Of a stretch of DNA of 64,000 bases, positions 27,954 to 39,572 are shown in pieces. Position numbers and translations under genes: made by a program. This stretch comes from Candidatus Eisenbacteria bacterium RBG_16_71_46. GTDB taxonomy: Bacteria; Eisenbacteria; RBG-16-71-46. Every line of letters begins with the position of its first letter. Position 1 is the first letter of the stretch. The notes under the pieces were generated by a model. It saw nothing but the letters and a program-made list of their open reading frames with translations, was not told where the DNA came from and ran no database searches. The stretch is from assembly GCA_001780165.1 (NCBI GenBank), contig MFFQ01000026.1, positions 10,113 to 74,112 of the forward strand. Reading direction: 5' to 3'.

Positions 27954-29086
27954 ACCGCGGCGACCGCTGGCTGCTGGTGCTGCCGCTCGCCCTCACCGCG
28001 CTGGGCGTGGTGATGGTGTACTCGTCGAGCGCGATTCTCGGCATCACGCGCTATCAGGATCCCAACTATTTCTTCGCCAAGCAGCTGTTCCGCGCCGTGC
28101 TGGGCGTGATCGTGATGCTGCTGGTGTCGCGCGTGCCGCTCCACCGCCTCGAGCGCCTGGCGCCGGCCCTGATCCTGGTCGGGGCCGGGCTGCTGGCGCT
28201 GGTCGGGGTGGCCGGGCACATGTCGAACGGCGCGACGCGCTGGCTGCGCCTCGGCATGCTCACCGTGCAGCCGACCGACGTCGGGCGGCTCACGGCGGTC
28301 GTGTTCCTCGCCTGGTGGCTCAAGCGCCGCCCGCCGGCCGAGCACGGGCTGGTGCGCGGCCTGTTTCCGCCGCTCGCCGTGGTCGGCGGGCTGGCCGGCC
28401 TGATCCTGATCCAGCCCAACCTGAGCAGCGCGACCCTGCTGGCGCTGACCGGTTTCGGAATGGTGTTCCTCGCCGGCGCCCCGCTGCGGCACCTCGCGGT
28501 GCCGCTGGGCGTGGGAGCGGTGGTGGGGGCGGTGACGCTGCGCACCCACCCCTACATGATGGAGCGGGTCGAGACCTTCGTCCGCTTCCTCGGCACCGGC
28601 ACGCTCGACAGCCGAGGCTCCGGCTGGCAGCTCGACCAATCGCTGATCGCCATCGGCTCGGGTGGCTGGTTCGGCCGCGGGCTGGGCGGCGGATTGCAGA
28701 AGTACCTGTTCCTGCCCGAGGCGCACACCGACTTCATCTTCTCGATCCTGGCCGAGGAGCTGGGGTTCGTCGGCGTGACCGCGCTGCTCGTGCTGGTGGG
28801 GCTGCTCCTGTGGCGCGGGATGCGGGCGACGGCACGCGCCGGAGGGCCGTTCGCGTTCCTGCTCGCCGGAGGGCTCACGCTCCAGATCGGTCTTTACGCG
28901 CTGGTCAACCTGGCGGTCGCCACCGGGCTCGCCCCGACCACCGGCCTGCCGCTGCCGTTCGTCTCCTACGGTGGCTCGGCGCTGCTCGCCAACATGGCCG
29001 CCGCCGGCGTGCTGTACCGCGTGAGCGCGGCCAACGACGAGCGCGAGGCGCTGGCCCGCCAGCGCTGGTCGCGGGAGACGCCATGA
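27950..29086 (+). CDS. ftsW: Peptidoglycan glycosyltransferase FtsW (SEDS family).
   Basis: SEDS signature PEAHTDFIFS...LPLPFVSYGGS. GAAGGAGG lies upstream. GTGA overlap with murD. Confidence 0.85.
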   Translation: MNRGDRWLLVLPLALTALGVVMVYSSSAILGITRYQDPNYFFAKQLFRAVLGVIVMLLVSRVPLHRLERLAPALILVGAGLLALVGVAGHMSNGATRWLRLGMLTVQPTDVGRLTAVVFLAWWLKRRPPAEHGLVRGLFPPLAVVGGLAGLILIQPNLSSATLLALTGFGMVFLAGAPLRHLAVPLGVGAVVGAVTLRTHPYMMERVETFVRFLGTGTLDSRGSGWQLDQSLIAIGSGGWFGRGLGGGLQKYLFLPEAHTDFIFSILAEELGFVGVTALLVLVGLLLWRGMRATARAGGPFAFLLAGGLTLQIGLYALVNLAVATGLAPTTGLPLPFVSYGGSALLANMAAAGVLYRVSAANDEREALARQRWSRETP

Positions 29087-30222
29087 AGGTCGTGATCGCG
29101 GGCGGTGGCACCGGCGGACATGTCTACCCCGGCATCGCGGTGGCCGAGGAGATTCGCAACACGCGTCCCTCGTGGGAGGTGCTCTTCATCGGCAGCCGTC
29201 GCGGCCTCGAGGTCCAGGCGGTGCCCGAGGCGGGCTTCCGCATCCGCTACATCCTCGCCCGCGGCTTTCCGCGCCGGGCGTGGTGGCGCTGGCCGATGGC
29301 CCTGCTCACCAACATCCTCGGGTTCGTCCAGGCAATGTGGGTGGTGGGCGCCGAGCGGCCCGACGTGGTGCTCGGCACCGGCGGCTACGTCAGCGCGCCG
29401 GTGGCGCTCGCCGCGGTGGTGCACCGCCGGCCGCTGCTGCTCCAGGAGCAGAACAGCATCCCGGGCATCGCCAATCGCTGGCTCGCCCGCATCGCCAGCG
29501 AGGTCCATCTCTCGTTCATCGAGGCCCGCACCTACTTCAAGCGCAAGGACAACCTCAAGGTGAGCGGCAACCCGGTGCGCGCCCACATCCTGAGCGGCGA
29601 CCGTGCCACCGGGCTCAAGGAGTTCGGCCTGCTCGCCGGCAAGCCCACGGTGTTCGTCTTCGGCGGCAGCCGCGGCGCCCACCGCATCAACGAGGCGGCG
29701 CTCGAGGCGATGCGCCGGCTCAAGGGCCGGGTGGATGTCCAGTTCATCCTCCAGACCGGGCGCGAGGACTTCGAGTGGGCGCGGAACCTGGTGGAGATCG
29801 AGCAGCTCCCGGCGCGGGTCATGCCATTCATCCGGCGCATCCACATGGCCTATGCCGCGGCCGATCTCGTCGTGTGTCGCTCGGGGGCGATGACCCTGGC
29901 CGAGATCGCCGCGTGCGGCACCCCGGCGATCCTCGTGCCGTATCCGTACGCCGCGCACAATCACCAGGTCGTCAATGCCGGCAATCTCGTGGACCGCGGC
30001 GCCGCGGCGATGATCCTCGACCGCGAGCTGAGCGGCGAGCGGCTGGCGCAGGAGATCGCCCACTGGCTCAGCGATCGCCAGGCCCTGAGCCGCATGTCGG
30101 CGAACTCGCGCACCTTCACCCGGCCCGACGCGGCGGGGAAGATCGTGCTCAGCCTCGAGCGCTGGTCCACCGGGCGCCCCGCGCCGCCGGTGGAACCCGA
30201 GGACGACGAGGAGTCCGGCTGA
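29083..30222 (+). CDS. murG: UDP-GlcNAc:lipid I N-acetylglucosaminyltransferase MurG.
   Basis: N-terminal GGGTGGHVYP motif. GT28 architecture. ATGA overlap with ftsW. Confidence 0.9.
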   Translation: MKVVIAGGGTGGHVYPGIAVAEEIRNTRPSWEVLFIGSRRGLEVQAVPEAGFRIRYILARGFPRRAWWRWPMALLTNILGFVQAMWVVGAERPDVVLGTGGYVSAPVALAAVVHRRPLLLQEQNSIPGIANRWLARIASEVHLSFIEARTYFKRKDNLKVSGNPVRAHILSGDRATGLKEFGLLAGKPTVFVFGGSRGAHRINEAALEAMRRLKGRVDVQFILQTGREDFEWARNLVEIEQLPARVMPFIRRIHMAYAAADLVVCRSGAMTLAEIAACGTPAILVPYPYAAHNHQVVNAGNLVDRGAAAMILDRELSGERLAQEIAHWLSDRQALSRMSANSRTFTRPDAAGKIVLSLERWSTGRPAPPVEPEDDEESG

Positions 30223-31616
30223 TGTACGGGCGCACGCACCGCATCCACTTCATCGGCGTCGGCGGCGTCGGCATGTCGGGGATCGCCGAGGTGCTGCTCA
30301 CGCTCGGCTACGAGGTCTCGGGCAGCGATCTCAAGCAGAGCGAGACCACCGACCGCCTGCTCGGGCTCGGGGGCCGCATCTTCATCGGGCACGCGGCGTC
30401 GAACGTGGAGGGGGCGCAGGTCGTGGTGCACTCGACCGCGATCCGCCCCGACAACGTCGAGCTGATCGCGGCCCGCGCCGCCGACATGACCGTCATCGGC
30501 CGCGCCGAGATGCTGGCCGAGCTCATGCGCATGAAGTACGGCATCGCGGTGGGCGGAGCGCACGGCAAGACCACGACGACCTCGATGATCGCCGCGGTGC
30601 TGGCGCGCGGCGGCCTCGATCCCACGATCGTGGTCGGGGGCCGGCTCCACGCCATCGGCTCCAACGCCCGCCTCGGCCTCGGCCCGTTCCTGGTCGCCGA
30701 GGCGGACGAGAGCGACGGCTCCTTCCTGCGGCTGTCGCCGGCGGTGGTGGTGGTCACCAACATCGACCGCGAGCACCTGGATTTCTTCTCGGGCCTCGAA
30801 GAAATCCGGCAGTCGTTCGTCTACTTCGCCAACCGCGTCCCCTTCTACGGGGTGGCGGTGCTGTGCGCCGACGACGAGCAGGTGCGCGAGATCGTGCCGC
30901 GCGTGACCAAGCGCGCGCTGCTCTACGGAACCCGGCCCGAGGCCCAGGTGCGGGGCGAGGACCTGCGGCTGTTGCCCGACGGCTCCCGCTTCCGCGTGGT
31001 CGGCTTCGGTCGCGAGCTGGGCGAGATCGAGCTGCGGGTCCCGGGTCGCCACAACGTGCTCAACGCCCTGGCCGCGGTGGCGGTGGGGCTGGAGGTCGAG
31101 GTCGGCTTCGGGCAGATCGCCGAGGCGCTGGCGACCTTTGGCGGGGTCTCGCGCCGATTCGAAACCCGCGGCGAGGTGAACGGCATACGCGTGGTGGACG
31201 ATTACGCGCACCATCCCACCGAGATCCGCGCCAGCCTCGCCGCCGCGCGCGCCGCCGGCCGCCAGGTGTTCGCGCTGTTCCAGCCTCACCGCTACAGCCG
31301 CACCGGCGCGCTGCGCGAGGAATTCGGCTTAGCCTTCGGCGACGCCGATCGGGTATGGGTGTTGGACATCTACCCGGCGGGCGAGACGCCGCTCGAGGGG
31401 GTGAGCGGGAACACCGTGGTCGAGAGCGCGCGGCGCCAGGGCGCCCGCCACGTCGAATACGCCGCCGACCCGCACCAGGCCGCCGCCGCCGCCGCCGCCG
31501 CCGCGCGCCCCGGGGACCTGGTGATCACCCTCGGCGCGGGCGACGTCGGGAAGCTGGCCGACGAGATCCTGCGCCTGCTCGCCCGCGAGCTGGGCGTGGC
31601 GGGGAGCAAGGCCTGA
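30222..31616 (+). CDS. murC: UDP-N-acetylmuramate--L-alanine ligase MurC.
   Basis: HFIGVGGVGMSG N-terminus and P-loop GAHGKTTTTS. Overlaps the murG stop by 1 nt. Confidence 0.9.
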   Translation: MYGRTHRIHFIGVGGVGMSGIAEVLLTLGYEVSGSDLKQSETTDRLLGLGGRIFIGHAASNVEGAQVVVHSTAIRPDNVELIAARAADMTVIGRAEMLAELMRMKYGIAVGGAHGKTTTTSMIAAVLARGGLDPTIVVGGRLHAIGSNARLGLGPFLVAEADESDGSFLRLSPAVVVVTNIDREHLDFFSGLEEIRQSFVYFANRVPFYGVAVLCADDEQVREIVPRVTKRALLYGTRPEAQVRGEDLRLLPDGSRFRVVGFGRELGEIELRVPGRHNVLNALAAVAVGLEVEVGFGQIAEALATFGGVSRRFETRGEVNGIRVVDDYAHHPTEIRASLAAARAAGRQVFALFQPHRYSRTGALREEFGLAFGDADRVWVLDIYPAGETPLEGVSGNTVVESARRQGARHVEYAADPHQAAAAAAAAARPGDLVITLGAGDVGKLADEILRLLARELGVAGSKA

Positions 31617-32434
31617 TGGCGCTCTACCAGGGACGTGCCCTGCGAGACGATCGCCCGCGGCGCCCGACCGGACGCCTGCGGCGGATCGCCCGCGTGCTCG
31701 GCATGCTCGCGCTGCTGGCGCTGCTCGCGCACCTGCCGTGGCAGGGGCTGCGGCGGCGCTTGGGCGTCGTGACCCGCATCGACGTCGAAGGCGTGCACTA
31801 CGTGCCCAGCGAGCGCGTGCTGGCGATTGCCGGCCTCGCCCCGGGCCAGGACCTGTTCTCGCTCGAGCTCGACCGCGCGCGCCAGGCGCTGCTGCTCCAT
31901 CCCCGGGTGGCGGGGGCGGTCGTCGAGCACCGCTGGCTTCGCGGCCTGCGGGTCCGCATCCAGGAACGGTTGCCAGTGCTGCTGGTCCAGCACGGCGTAC
32001 CGTGGGAGCTGGACTCGGCCGGCGTGCTGCTGGCGCCGCTGCAGCCGGGCGTGGTGGCCGACGTGCCGCTGCTCACCGGGCCGCGCTTCGACGCGCTGCC
32101 GGCCGGCGCGCAGATCCGCAGCGAACCGGTGGCGCGCGGGCTGGCGTGGGCGCAGGCGCTCGCCGAGCGTGAGCTGCAGCTCAGCGGCCGGGTGTCGGAG
32201 GTGGACGTTTCCGATCCGTCGTCCACCGGGCTCACGCTGCTGGGCGGTACGCGCGTGCTGGCGCCGGCGTGGCCGCCGGGCACGCGCCGCCTCTCGGCGC
32301 TGCGCGTGGTGCTCGCCGATCTGGAGCGGCGTGGGACGGTGGCCGAGCAGGTGGACCTGCGCTTCGAGAACCAAGTGATCGTGCAGCCCCTCGAGGGCCC
32401 GAAAATCCCTCGCGACGGCCCGCGCAAGGGCTGA
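31616..32434 (+). CDS. ftsQ: Cell division protein FtsQ (POTRA domain).
   Basis: Single N-terminal TM followed by a POTRA-like region (VTRIDVEGVHYV). Its position between murC and ftsA is typical. TGATG overlap with murC. Confidence 0.75.
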   Translation: MALYQGRALRDDRPRRPTGRLRRIARVLGMLALLALLAHLPWQGLRRRLGVVTRIDVEGVHYVPSERVLAIAGLAPGQDLFSLELDRARQALLLHPRVAGAVVEHRWLRGLRVRIQERLPVLLVQHGVPWELDSAGVLLAPLQPGVVADVPLLTGPRFDALPAGAQIRSEPVARGLAWAQALAERELQLSGRVSEVDVSDPSSTGLTLLGGTRVLAPAWPPGTRRLSALRVVLADLERRGTVAEQVDLRFENQVIVQPLEGPKIPRDGPRKG

Positions 32435-32464
32435 CCGCGATGGCACAGGGAGGTGAGTAGGACC

Positions 32465-33703
32465 ATGGGACAGGCAGGGCGGACGTACGTCGGGCTCGAC
32501 ATCGGAACCACCAAGATCTCGTGCATCATCGCCGACATGAACGGTGGGGCCGAGCTGCGGGTCGTCGGGGTCGGCACCGCGACGAGTGAGGGCCTGCGCC
32601 GCGGGGTGGTCGTCGACCTCGAGAAGACCGTGGCCAGCATCCAGCGCGCGGTGGACGAGGCGGAGCGCATGGCGGGCATGTCGATCAAGAGCGTCTACGC
32701 GGGGATCGCGGGAGATCACATCCGCAGCATCAACAGCCGCGGCGTCATCGCGGTCTCGCGCAAGGACAACGAGATCGGTCCGGCCGACGTCGAGCGTGTG
32801 ATCGAGGCCGCCAAGGCGATCGCGATCCCGATGGATCGCGAGATCATCCACGTCATCCCTCAGGAGTTCATCGTCGACGACCAGAACGGCATCAAGGACC
32901 CGGTGGGCATGAGCGGCGTGCGGCTCGAGGCGGAGGTCCACATCATCACCGGGGCGGTGACCTCGGCGAAGAACATCTGCCGCTCGATCCAGAGGGCCGG
33001 CCTCAAGGTGTACGACCTGGTGCTCGAGCCGCTGGCATCGAGCCACGCGGTGCTCGGCTCCGACGAGCGGGATCTCGGCGTAGTGCTGCTCGACTGCGGC
33101 GGCGGCACCACCGACGTCGCGGTGTTCTTCGAGGGCTCGATCCGCCACACGGCGATCGTGCCGTTCGGCGGGGCGAACGTCACCAATGACATCGCCATCG
33201 GGCTGCGCACGCCCATCGACAAGGCCGAGCAGATCAAGATCCAGCACGGAGTCGCCCTGGCCGCGCTGGTTTCGTCGGAGGAGATGCTGACGGTCTCGGG
33301 CGTGGGCGGTCGCGCCGACCGCCGCATCTCGCGACACGTGCTGGCGTCCATGATCGAGCCGCGCATGGAGGAGATCTTCGTCCTGGCCAACAAGGAGGTG
33401 AAGAAGAACCACTTCGCCGAGTTGCTCGGCGGCGGCGTCGTGCTCACCGGCGGGACCTCGCTGATGCCGGGCGTCGTCGAGCTGGCCGAGCAGGTGTTCG
33501 AGATGCCGGTGCGGCTCGGAGCCCCCCACGGGCTGGGCGGGCTCTCGGCGAACGTCGCCGATCCACGATTCTCCACCGGCGTCGGGCTGGTGCTTCACGG
33601 CGCGCTCAGCGAGAGCGGCGACACCAACGGAAGGGAGCGTCGCGGATCGTCGGACCGCCGGAGCGGTTTCGACCTGCGCCGCTGGTTCAGCGACTTGTTC
33701 TAG
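32465..33703 (+). CDS. ftsA: Cell division protein FtsA.
   Basis: Actin-like ATPase motifs ([18 protein letters not shown]). GGGAGGTGA lies 7 nt upstream of the ATG. GTG at 32453 is an alternative start. Confidence 0.9.
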   Translation: MGQAGRTYVGLDIGTTKISCIIADMNGGAELRVVGVGTATSEGLRRGVVVDLEKTVASIQRAVDEAERMAGMSIKSVYAGIAGDHIRSINSRGVIAVSRKDNEIGPADVERVIEAAKAIAIPMDREIIHVIPQEFIVDDQNGIKDPVGMSGVRLEAEVHIITGAVTSAKNICRSIQRAGLKVYDLVLEPLASSHAVLGSDERDLGVVLLDCGGGTTDVAVFFEGSIRHTAIVPFGGANVTNDIAIGLRTPIDKAEQIKIQHGVALAALVSSEEMLTVSGVGGRADRRISRHVLASMIEPRMEEIFVLANKEVKKNHFAELLGGGVVLTGGTSLMPGVVELAEQVFEMPVRLGAPHGLGGLSANVADPRFSTGVGLVLHGALSESGDTNGRERRGSSDRRSGFDLRRWFSDLF

Positions 33704-33795
33704 ACCCATCACCGCCTCACCCCTGGAGGGCGTCGCGCGGCCGGCGGAACGGCCGCCGCCGCGGGTCCGCCGGGGAGGGCACAGGGAGTGGTGCC

Positions 33796-34959
33796 ATGTT
33801 CGAGCTGGAGATCGAGACCACCTCGTCGGCGAAGCTCAAAGTCATCGGATGCGGAGGCGCCGGCGGCAACGCCGTCAACCGCATGATCGGCGCCGGCCTG
33901 CGCGGCGTGGAGTTCATCGTCGCCAACACCGACATGCAGGCGCTCAACCAGTCGCTGGCGCCCCACCGGATCCAGATCGGGCTCAACTCCACACGCGGTC
34001 TCGGGGCGGGGGGCGATCCGTCGGTGGGCCGGCGCGCCGCCGAGGAGGACGAGCCGGGGATCAGCGATGCCCTCAACGACAGCGACATGGTCTTCATCAC
34101 GGCGGGCATGGGCGGCGGCACCGGGACCGGCTCGGCGCCGGTGGTGGCGCGGCTCGCGAAGCAGACCGGGGCGCTGACCGTGGCGGTGGTGACCAAGCCG
34201 TTCCTCTTCGAGGGCCGGCGCCGCATGCGGCAGGCCGAGGAGGGGCTCGCGGAGCTGCGCGCCGAGGTCGACACCCTGATCGTCATCCCCAACGAGCGCC
34301 TGCTGGCGGTGGTCGAACGCGGCACCGCGCTGTCGGAGGCCTTTGCCGTGTGCGACGAGGTGCTGCTCAAGGCGACCAAGGGCATCTCCGACCTGGTGAC
34401 GGTTCCCGGGCTGGTCAATCTGGACTTCGCCGACGTCAAGGCGGTGATGTCGAACCGCGGCAATGCGCTGATGGGCACCGGCCGCGCCTCGGGGCCGTCG
34501 CGCGCCGCCGAGGCGGCGCAGGCCGCGGTCTCGAGCCCGCTGCTCGAGGACGTCTCGATCGCCGGCGCCGAGGGGGTGCTGGTCAATATCACCGGCGGGC
34601 GCGACCTCACGCTGCACGAGGTCAACGAGGCCGCGGGGGTGGTGGTGAGTGCGGCGGGAGACGACGCCAACGTCATCTTCGGGGCGGTGATCGATCCCAA
34701 TCTGGACGGCGAGATGATCCTCACCGTGATCGCCACCGGATTCGGGGCCACCGAACCGCGGCTCAAGCTGCTCGATCGCACACGTGCCGCGGTCGCCGCC
34801 GCGACGCCCCGCGCCGGGGAGGACGAGGAGGACCTGCGTCACCCGCAGCCGTGGAAGCGCGGCGAGGAGAGCGCCGCGCGGCCCAATCGCTGGGGCCGCA
34901 GCGCCACGCGCGGCGAGTCGCTGGAGGTGCCGACATTCCTGCGCAAACAGATGGACTAG
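33796..34959 (+). CDS. ftsZ: Cell division GTPase FtsZ.
   Basis: Tubulin signature GGGTGTG and the NTDMQAL motif. A C-terminal variable linker is followed by a conserved tail. Confidence 0.95.
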   Translation: MFELEIETTSSAKLKVIGCGGAGGNAVNRMIGAGLRGVEFIVANTDMQALNQSLAPHRIQIGLNSTRGLGAGGDPSVGRRAAEEDEPGISDALNDSDMVFITAGMGGGTGTGSAPVVARLAKQTGALTVAVVTKPFLFEGRRRMRQAEEGLAELRAEVDTLIVIPNERLLAVVERGTALSEAFAVCDEVLLKATKGISDLVTVPGLVNLDFADVKAVMSNRGNALMGTGRASGPSRAAEAAQAAVSSPLLEDVSIAGAEGVLVNITGGRDLTLHEVNEAAGVVVSAAGDDANVIFGAVIDPNLDGEMILTVIATGFGATEPRLKLLDRTRAAVAAATPRAGEDEEDLRHPQPWKRGEESAARPNRWGRSATRGESLEVPTFLRKQMD

Positions 34960-35230
34960 GGCGCCGTCCGCACACGCCCGCGGGTCAGGCGCCGCGGGGG
35001 TCGCTTCCGTCGGGCGCGGTGCTCGACGCGCCCACCCTCCCTGGCTCCTGCGCGTCTGCGGAGCTCGCGCGGAGGTCCCCGCCCGCGGAGGCCCGCCGGG
35101 CACGGAGCACGATGCAAGCGACGCCCGCGACGCCTCGTCCGCGGGCGCTCGAGAACGGCGCCCGGAGCGTGTCGCGAGGCCGAACGCGGCGCGGTGAAAG
35201 GAGGGGGAGCTGGGCTTCTTCTCTACTCTG

Positions 35231-36946
35231 TTGAAGTGGGGCCACAACCGCCATTACAACCGCGGCATGCTGCACTTCAACCGCGGCGAATTCGCGCGCG
35301 CGGCGGCGTGCTTCGAATCGGCGCTGGCCGAAGTGCGCGATCCCAGCGACCCCGACCACTCGCTCGCCGCGTGCTACGCGGCCGAGGCGCGCGCCCAGCT
35401 CGGGCTGGCGTTCTTCCACGCCGGTGATTTCGCGCGCGCCGAACAGGAGTTCACCCGGGCGCTCGAGGAAAACCCGAACTTTCCCGACCTCCGCTACTGC
35501 CGGGCGCGCATCTACGAGCGCTCGGGGCGGCTCGCGGAGGCGATCGCCGACCTCGAGCAGGCGATCGGCGAGCATCCGCACTACCTCGACGCCTGGCTGC
35601 TGCTCGCGGTGTGCCGCGGGCAGCTCGGCGACGCCGAGCGCTCGACCGCGGCGCTCGAGCGCGCCTGCGCCCTCGGGCTCGAGCTGCCGGCCGGGGTGTC
35701 CGCGGCGCGCACCCTCACCTGGGGCGTGGCGGACTGGCAGGGCCTGGGGCGCGGCGCGGCGGCCGCGGCGGCCGCGGCGGAGCCCAGCGCGGCCCCGCGG
35801 GCGCTCCAGGAGGCGCTCGAGCGCTACGGCGCCGGTGACCTCGCCGGAGCGGCCGAGGAGCTGCGACGGGCGGTGCGCGAGCGCCCCGGCTTCGCGGATC
35901 TCCGCTGCCGGCTCGCCGGGGTGCTGCTCGAGGCGGGCGCCGTGGACGAGGCGCTGGGCGAGCTGGAGCAGGCGTTGCGCATCAATCCCGGCTACCTCGA
36001 GGCGCGCCTGCTCGCGGCTCGCGCGCGCCTCGAGCGGGGGGAGGCCCCCGAGGCGGTGGCCCACGTCGAGGCCGCGCTCGCCGCGCACCCCGAATACCCC
36101 GACCTGCACTTCTGGCTCGGGCTCGCGCGATTCCGCTCCGGCGACCTTGCCGCCGCCGCCACCGCGCTGGAGCGGGCGGTGGCGCTCAACCGGCAGTTCG
36201 CCAGGGCCCAGCGCCTGCTCGGGCTGGTCTACCACGTGCTCGGCCGCCCCGAGGATGCGCTGCGGGCGATCCGCCGCGGGCTGGCGCGCGACCGCGAGCT
36301 GCCGGGCGCGGCCATCGAGGTCGCCACGGTGCTCGCGGCGCGGGGGGAGGAGAGCACGGCCGAGACCGAGCTGCGCCGGGCGCTGGCGGTCCAGGCCGAT
36401 TACCCGGACCTTCACCTGGCACTGGGTCGCCTGCTCGCCGCGCGCGGGGAGCTCGAGCGCGCGGCCGACGCCTACCGGGCGGCGCTGGCGCTGGAGCCGG
36501 CCTATGCCGCGGCGATTCGCGACCTGGCCGAGATCGAGATCGCCCTCGGCGCCCCGGCTGCTGCCGTGGCGCGGCTCGAAGCGCTGATCCTGACCCATCC
36601 GGAGTGGGCCGACGCCCACGCCCTGTTGGGCCGCGCGCGGATGCTGAGGGGAGATGCGGCCGGCGCCGAGACCGCGCTGCGCGCCGCCCTGCTGCTGAAC
36701 CCCGGCTTCGCCGCGGCGCGCGCCGAGCTGGGGTGGGCGATCCTCGCGCAGGACCGCAGCCGCGATGCCGACGCCGAGTTCGCCCGGGCGGTCGAGATCG
36801 ACCCGCTGAGCGCGCTGGCGCGACAGCAGCTCGAATGGCGCGAGCTGCTCGCGGTGCATCGGGAGGAGGAGCAGGGGCCGGCGCCCCCCGACTCCGGCGG
36901 CAGGGCCGGCCGCGCGCGCGGGGCGCGCCGGGACGTCAGGCGCTGA
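35231..36946 (+). CDS. Tetratricopeptide-repeat protein.
   Basis: At least 10 tandem TPR-like 34-aa units spanning the protein. AAAGGAGGGGGAG lies upstream. The start is ambiguous: TTG at 35231 or ATG at 35267. Confidence 0.6.
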   Translation: MKWGHNRHYNRGMLHFNRGEFARAAACFESALAEVRDPSDPDHSLAACYAAEARAQLGLAFFHAGDFARAEQEFTRALEENPNFPDLRYCRARIYERSGRLAEAIADLEQAIGEHPHYLDAWLLLAVCRGQLGDAERSTAALERACALGLELPAGVSAARTLTWGVADWQGLGRGAAAAAAAAEPSAAPRALQEALERYGAGDLAGAAEELRRAVRERPGFADLRCRLAGVLLEAGAVDEALGELEQALRINPGYLEARLLAARARLERGEAPEAVAHVEAALAAHPEYPDLHFWLGLARFRSGDLAAAATALERAVALNRQFARAQRLLGLVYHVLGRPEDALRAIRRGLARDRELPGAAIEVATVLAARGEESTAETELRRALAVQADYPDLHLALGRLLAARGELERAADAYRAALALEPAYAAAIRDLAEIEIALGAPAAAVARLEALILTHPEWADAHALLGRARMLRGDAAGAETALRAALLLNPGFAAARAELGWAILAQDRSRDADAEFARAVEIDPLSALARQQLEWRELLAVHREEEQGPAPPDSGGRAGRARGARRDVRR

Positions 36947-37154
36947 TCAGCTTGCGCCGGCCGCGGGTCGCCTTCTGCACGCGGTTGCCGCGCAGGCAGC
37001 GGGTGCAGACGTCCAGGTTCCGCACCCGTCCTTCGACGAGCGCGCGCACGCGCTGGAGGTTGGGCCTCCAGACGCGTTTCGTGATGTTGTGCGCGTGGCT
37101 CACGTTGTTGCCCGTCATCTTGCCCTTGCCGCAGATCTCACACTGGTGGGCCAC
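36936..37154 (-). CDS. rpmB: 50S ribosomal protein L28.
   Basis: The minus-strand translation [37 protein letters not shown] is the L28 signature. It starts at GTG with GGAGGA 8 nt upstream. The track ORF 36936..37514 is over-extended. Confidence 0.85.
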   Translation of the reverse strand: MAHQCEICGKGKMTGNNVSHAHNITKRVWRPNLQRVRALVEGRVRNLDVCTRCLRGNRVQKATRGRRKLISA

Positions 37155-37329
37155 TGCTGATCCTCCCGGAGGGCCTCGTCGGCCGTGGAGTTGAGGGTGA
37201 AGAAAGGCGCTGGACCATAGCAGCCCGGGAATGTCGCTGTAAAGCGCCGCCGGCGGGCCCCGCGGGCCCCCCGGCCCCCGCTGGGCCACGGCGTCGGCTA
37301 CCATGCCGGGGACGCGGGAGGATCGGGCC

Positions 37330-39498
37330 ATGAGCGGGAGGGAGAAGCAGGCGCCGGGGGTCGGAGTGGGCGCGGCGCGGGTGCGGGCCGGGCCTCCCGG
37401 CGGCGCCTCCCCGGCACCGGCGCGGCGGCGGCTCGAGCCCGGCACCCGGATCCAGTTCCTTCCCGGAATCGGCCCCAAGCGCGCGCAGCTCTTCGAGCGC
37501 CTCGAGCTGGTCACGCTCGAGCACCTGATGCGCCACTACCCGCGCGCCTACCTCGATGCCCGGCGGTTCGTGCCGATCGCGGCCCTCCGCCCGGGCGAGC
37601 TGCTCACGGTGAGCGGTACGGTGCGCCACGCCGCGGCGCTGCGCACCCGCGGCGGACGCGCGGACTTCGTCGCCACGCTCGAGGACGACAGCGGCACCGT
37701 CGGGTGCTACTTCTTCGGCCAACCCTTCCTGGCCCGCACGCTCAAGCCCGGCGTGCGCGTGGTGGTGAGCGGCGAACTCGACCCGATCGAGCGACGCCTG
37801 TTCAACCCGCTGTTCGAGGTGTTCGAAGGGGATCTCGAGGAGCTGCTCGACGTCGGGCGCCTGGTGCCGGTGCACCCGCTCACGCGCGGCGTCACCGCGC
37901 GGGGCATGCGCCGCGCGGTGCGCCTGGCGCTGGATGCCGCCGCCGCCGCCGTGGCGGACCCGGTGCCGGCCGAGGTCGCGCGCGCCCACGGGCTCGGGCC
38001 GCTGGCCGAGGCGCTGGAGCAGATCCACTTTCCCGACGACGATGCCCGGCTCGCGACGGCCCGCCGCCGGCTCGCATTCGAGGAGCTGTTCCTGCTCCAG
38101 ACCGTGCTCGAGGTGCGGCGCCGGGCGCTCGGCGAGCAGGGCCGGGGCCTGAGCCTCACCGGCTCCGGCGCCCTGGTCCGGCGGGCGATCGCCGCACTTC
38201 CCTTCACGCTCACGCCCGACCAGGCCCAGGCACTCGAGGAGATCGAGGCCGACCTGCGCGCGCCGCGGCCGATGCACCGGCTGCTGCTCGGCGACGTCGG
38301 GAGCGGCAAGACGGTGGTGGCGCTGCTCGCGGCCCTCCACGCCATCGAGGGCGGCCTTCAGGCGGCGTTCATGGCGCCGACCGAGATCCTGGTGCGCCAG
38401 CACGCGGCGACCCTCGCCCGGCTTGCCGTGGCGGCGGGGGTGGAGATCGTCACGCTCACCGCCGCCACGCCCACCGCCGAGCGGCGCGCCGTCGCCGCGC
38501 GATTGCAGGCGGGCGAGCCGTTGCTCGCGGTCGGCACCCATGCCCTGCTCGAGGAGAAGGTGCGCATGCCGCGTCTCGGCCTCGCGATCGTGGACGAGCA
38601 GCATCGCTTCGGCGTGCGCCAGCGCGCGACGCTGGCGCACAAGGGCGTGATCCCCGACGTGCTGGTCCTCACCGCGACGCCGATCCCGCGCTCGCTGGCG
38701 CTCGCCTACTACGGCGACCTCGAGGTCAGTCGGCTGCGGGCGCGTCCCCCGGGGCGCGGCCGGCTGGTGACGCGGATCGCCGGGGAGCAGAAGTTCCCGC
38801 AGGTCATCGAATTCATGGCCCGCGAGATCGGGGCGGGGCGCCAGGCGTTCGTCGTGGTCCCGGTCATCGAGGAGGGCGCGCGCGTCGAGCACCGCGCGGC
38901 GGAGGTGGAATTCGAGCGCCTGTCCCAGCACCCGTTGCTGCGCGGCTTCCGCGCCGGGCTGCTGCACGGACGCCTGCGTCCGGACGCCAAACAGCAGGTG
39001 ATGGAAGAGTTCGCCTCGGGCGCGATCCAGATGCTGGTCGCGACCTCGGTGGTGGAGGTGGGGGTGGACGTGCCCAACGCCAGCCTGATGGTGATCGAGA
39101 ACGCGGACCACTTCGGGCTGACCCAGCTGCACCAGTTGCGTGGGCGGGTGGGGCGCGGCGAGCACCGCGCGGTGTGCGTGTTGGTGCCGGGCCCGGGCGC
39201 CGGAGCGCTCGCCCGCGAGCGGCTCGAGGTGCTCACCCGGACCGACGACGGCTTCGCCATCGCCGAGGAGGACCTGCGCCTGCGCGGGCCGGGCGAGCTG
39301 TGGGGGACGCGCCAGAGCGGGCTGCCCAGGCTCCGTCTCGCCGACCTGCGCGACGAGCCGCTGCTGCTCGAGACCCAGGCCGCGGCGCGGGCCGCGGTGC
39401 AATCCGACCCGCGGCTGGCGGCCCCGGAGCACGGCATGCTGCGCGAGACGCTCCTGGCCCGCTACAGCGAGCCCCTGGCGCTGGCGCTCGCCGGATGA
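37330..39498 (+). CDS. recG: ATP-dependent DNA helicase RecG.
   Basis: OB-fold wedge region followed by superfamily-2 helicase motifs ([28 protein letters not shown]). ATG at 37330 sits 7 nt after GGGAGGA. ATG at 37303 is an alternative start. Confidence 0.9.
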   Translation: MSGREKQAPGVGVGAARVRAGPPGGASPAPARRRLEPGTRIQFLPGIGPKRAQLFERLELVTLEHLMRHYPRAYLDARRFVPIAALRPGELLTVSGTVRHAAALRTRGGRADFVATLEDDSGTVGCYFFGQPFLARTLKPGVRVVVSGELDPIERRLFNPLFEVFEGDLEELLDVGRLVPVHPLTRGVTARGMRRAVRLALDAAAAAVADPVPAEVARAHGLGPLAEALEQIHFPDDDARLATARRRLAFEELFLLQTVLEVRRRALGEQGRGLSLTGSGALVRRAIAALPFTLTPDQAQALEEIEADLRAPRPMHRLLLGDVGSGKTVVALLAALHAIEGGLQAAFMAPTEILVRQHAATLARLAVAAGVEIVTLTAATPTAERRAVAARLQAGEPLLAVGTHALLEEKVRMPRLGLAIVDEQHRFGVRQRATLAHKGVIPDVLVLTATPIPRSLALAYYGDLEVSRLRARPPGRGRLVTRIAGEQKFPQVIEFMAREIGAGRQAFVVVPVIEEGARVEHRAAEVEFERLSQHPLLRGFRAGLLHGRLRPDAKQQVMEEFASGAIQMLVATSVVEVGVDVPNASLMVIENADHFGLTQLHQLRGRVGRGEHRAVCVLVPGPGAGALARERLEVLTRTDDGFAIAEEDLRLRGPGELWGTRQSGLPRLRLADLRDEPLLLETQAAARAAVQSDPRLAAPEHGMLRETLLARYSEPLALALAG

Positions 39499-39572
39499 AA
39501 GCGGAGTTTCCACTGCGGGGGTTTTTGCGGCAGAATGCCGCCATGGGCAAGCCCGCACGCAAGCCGGACTCC

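Noticed and set aside
35231-36946. TPR protein as a possible dcw-associated division factor.
   Set aside because: It is separated from ftsZ by a 270-nt gap, no specific family signature was recognised beyond generic TPRs, and there is no evidence in the sequence.
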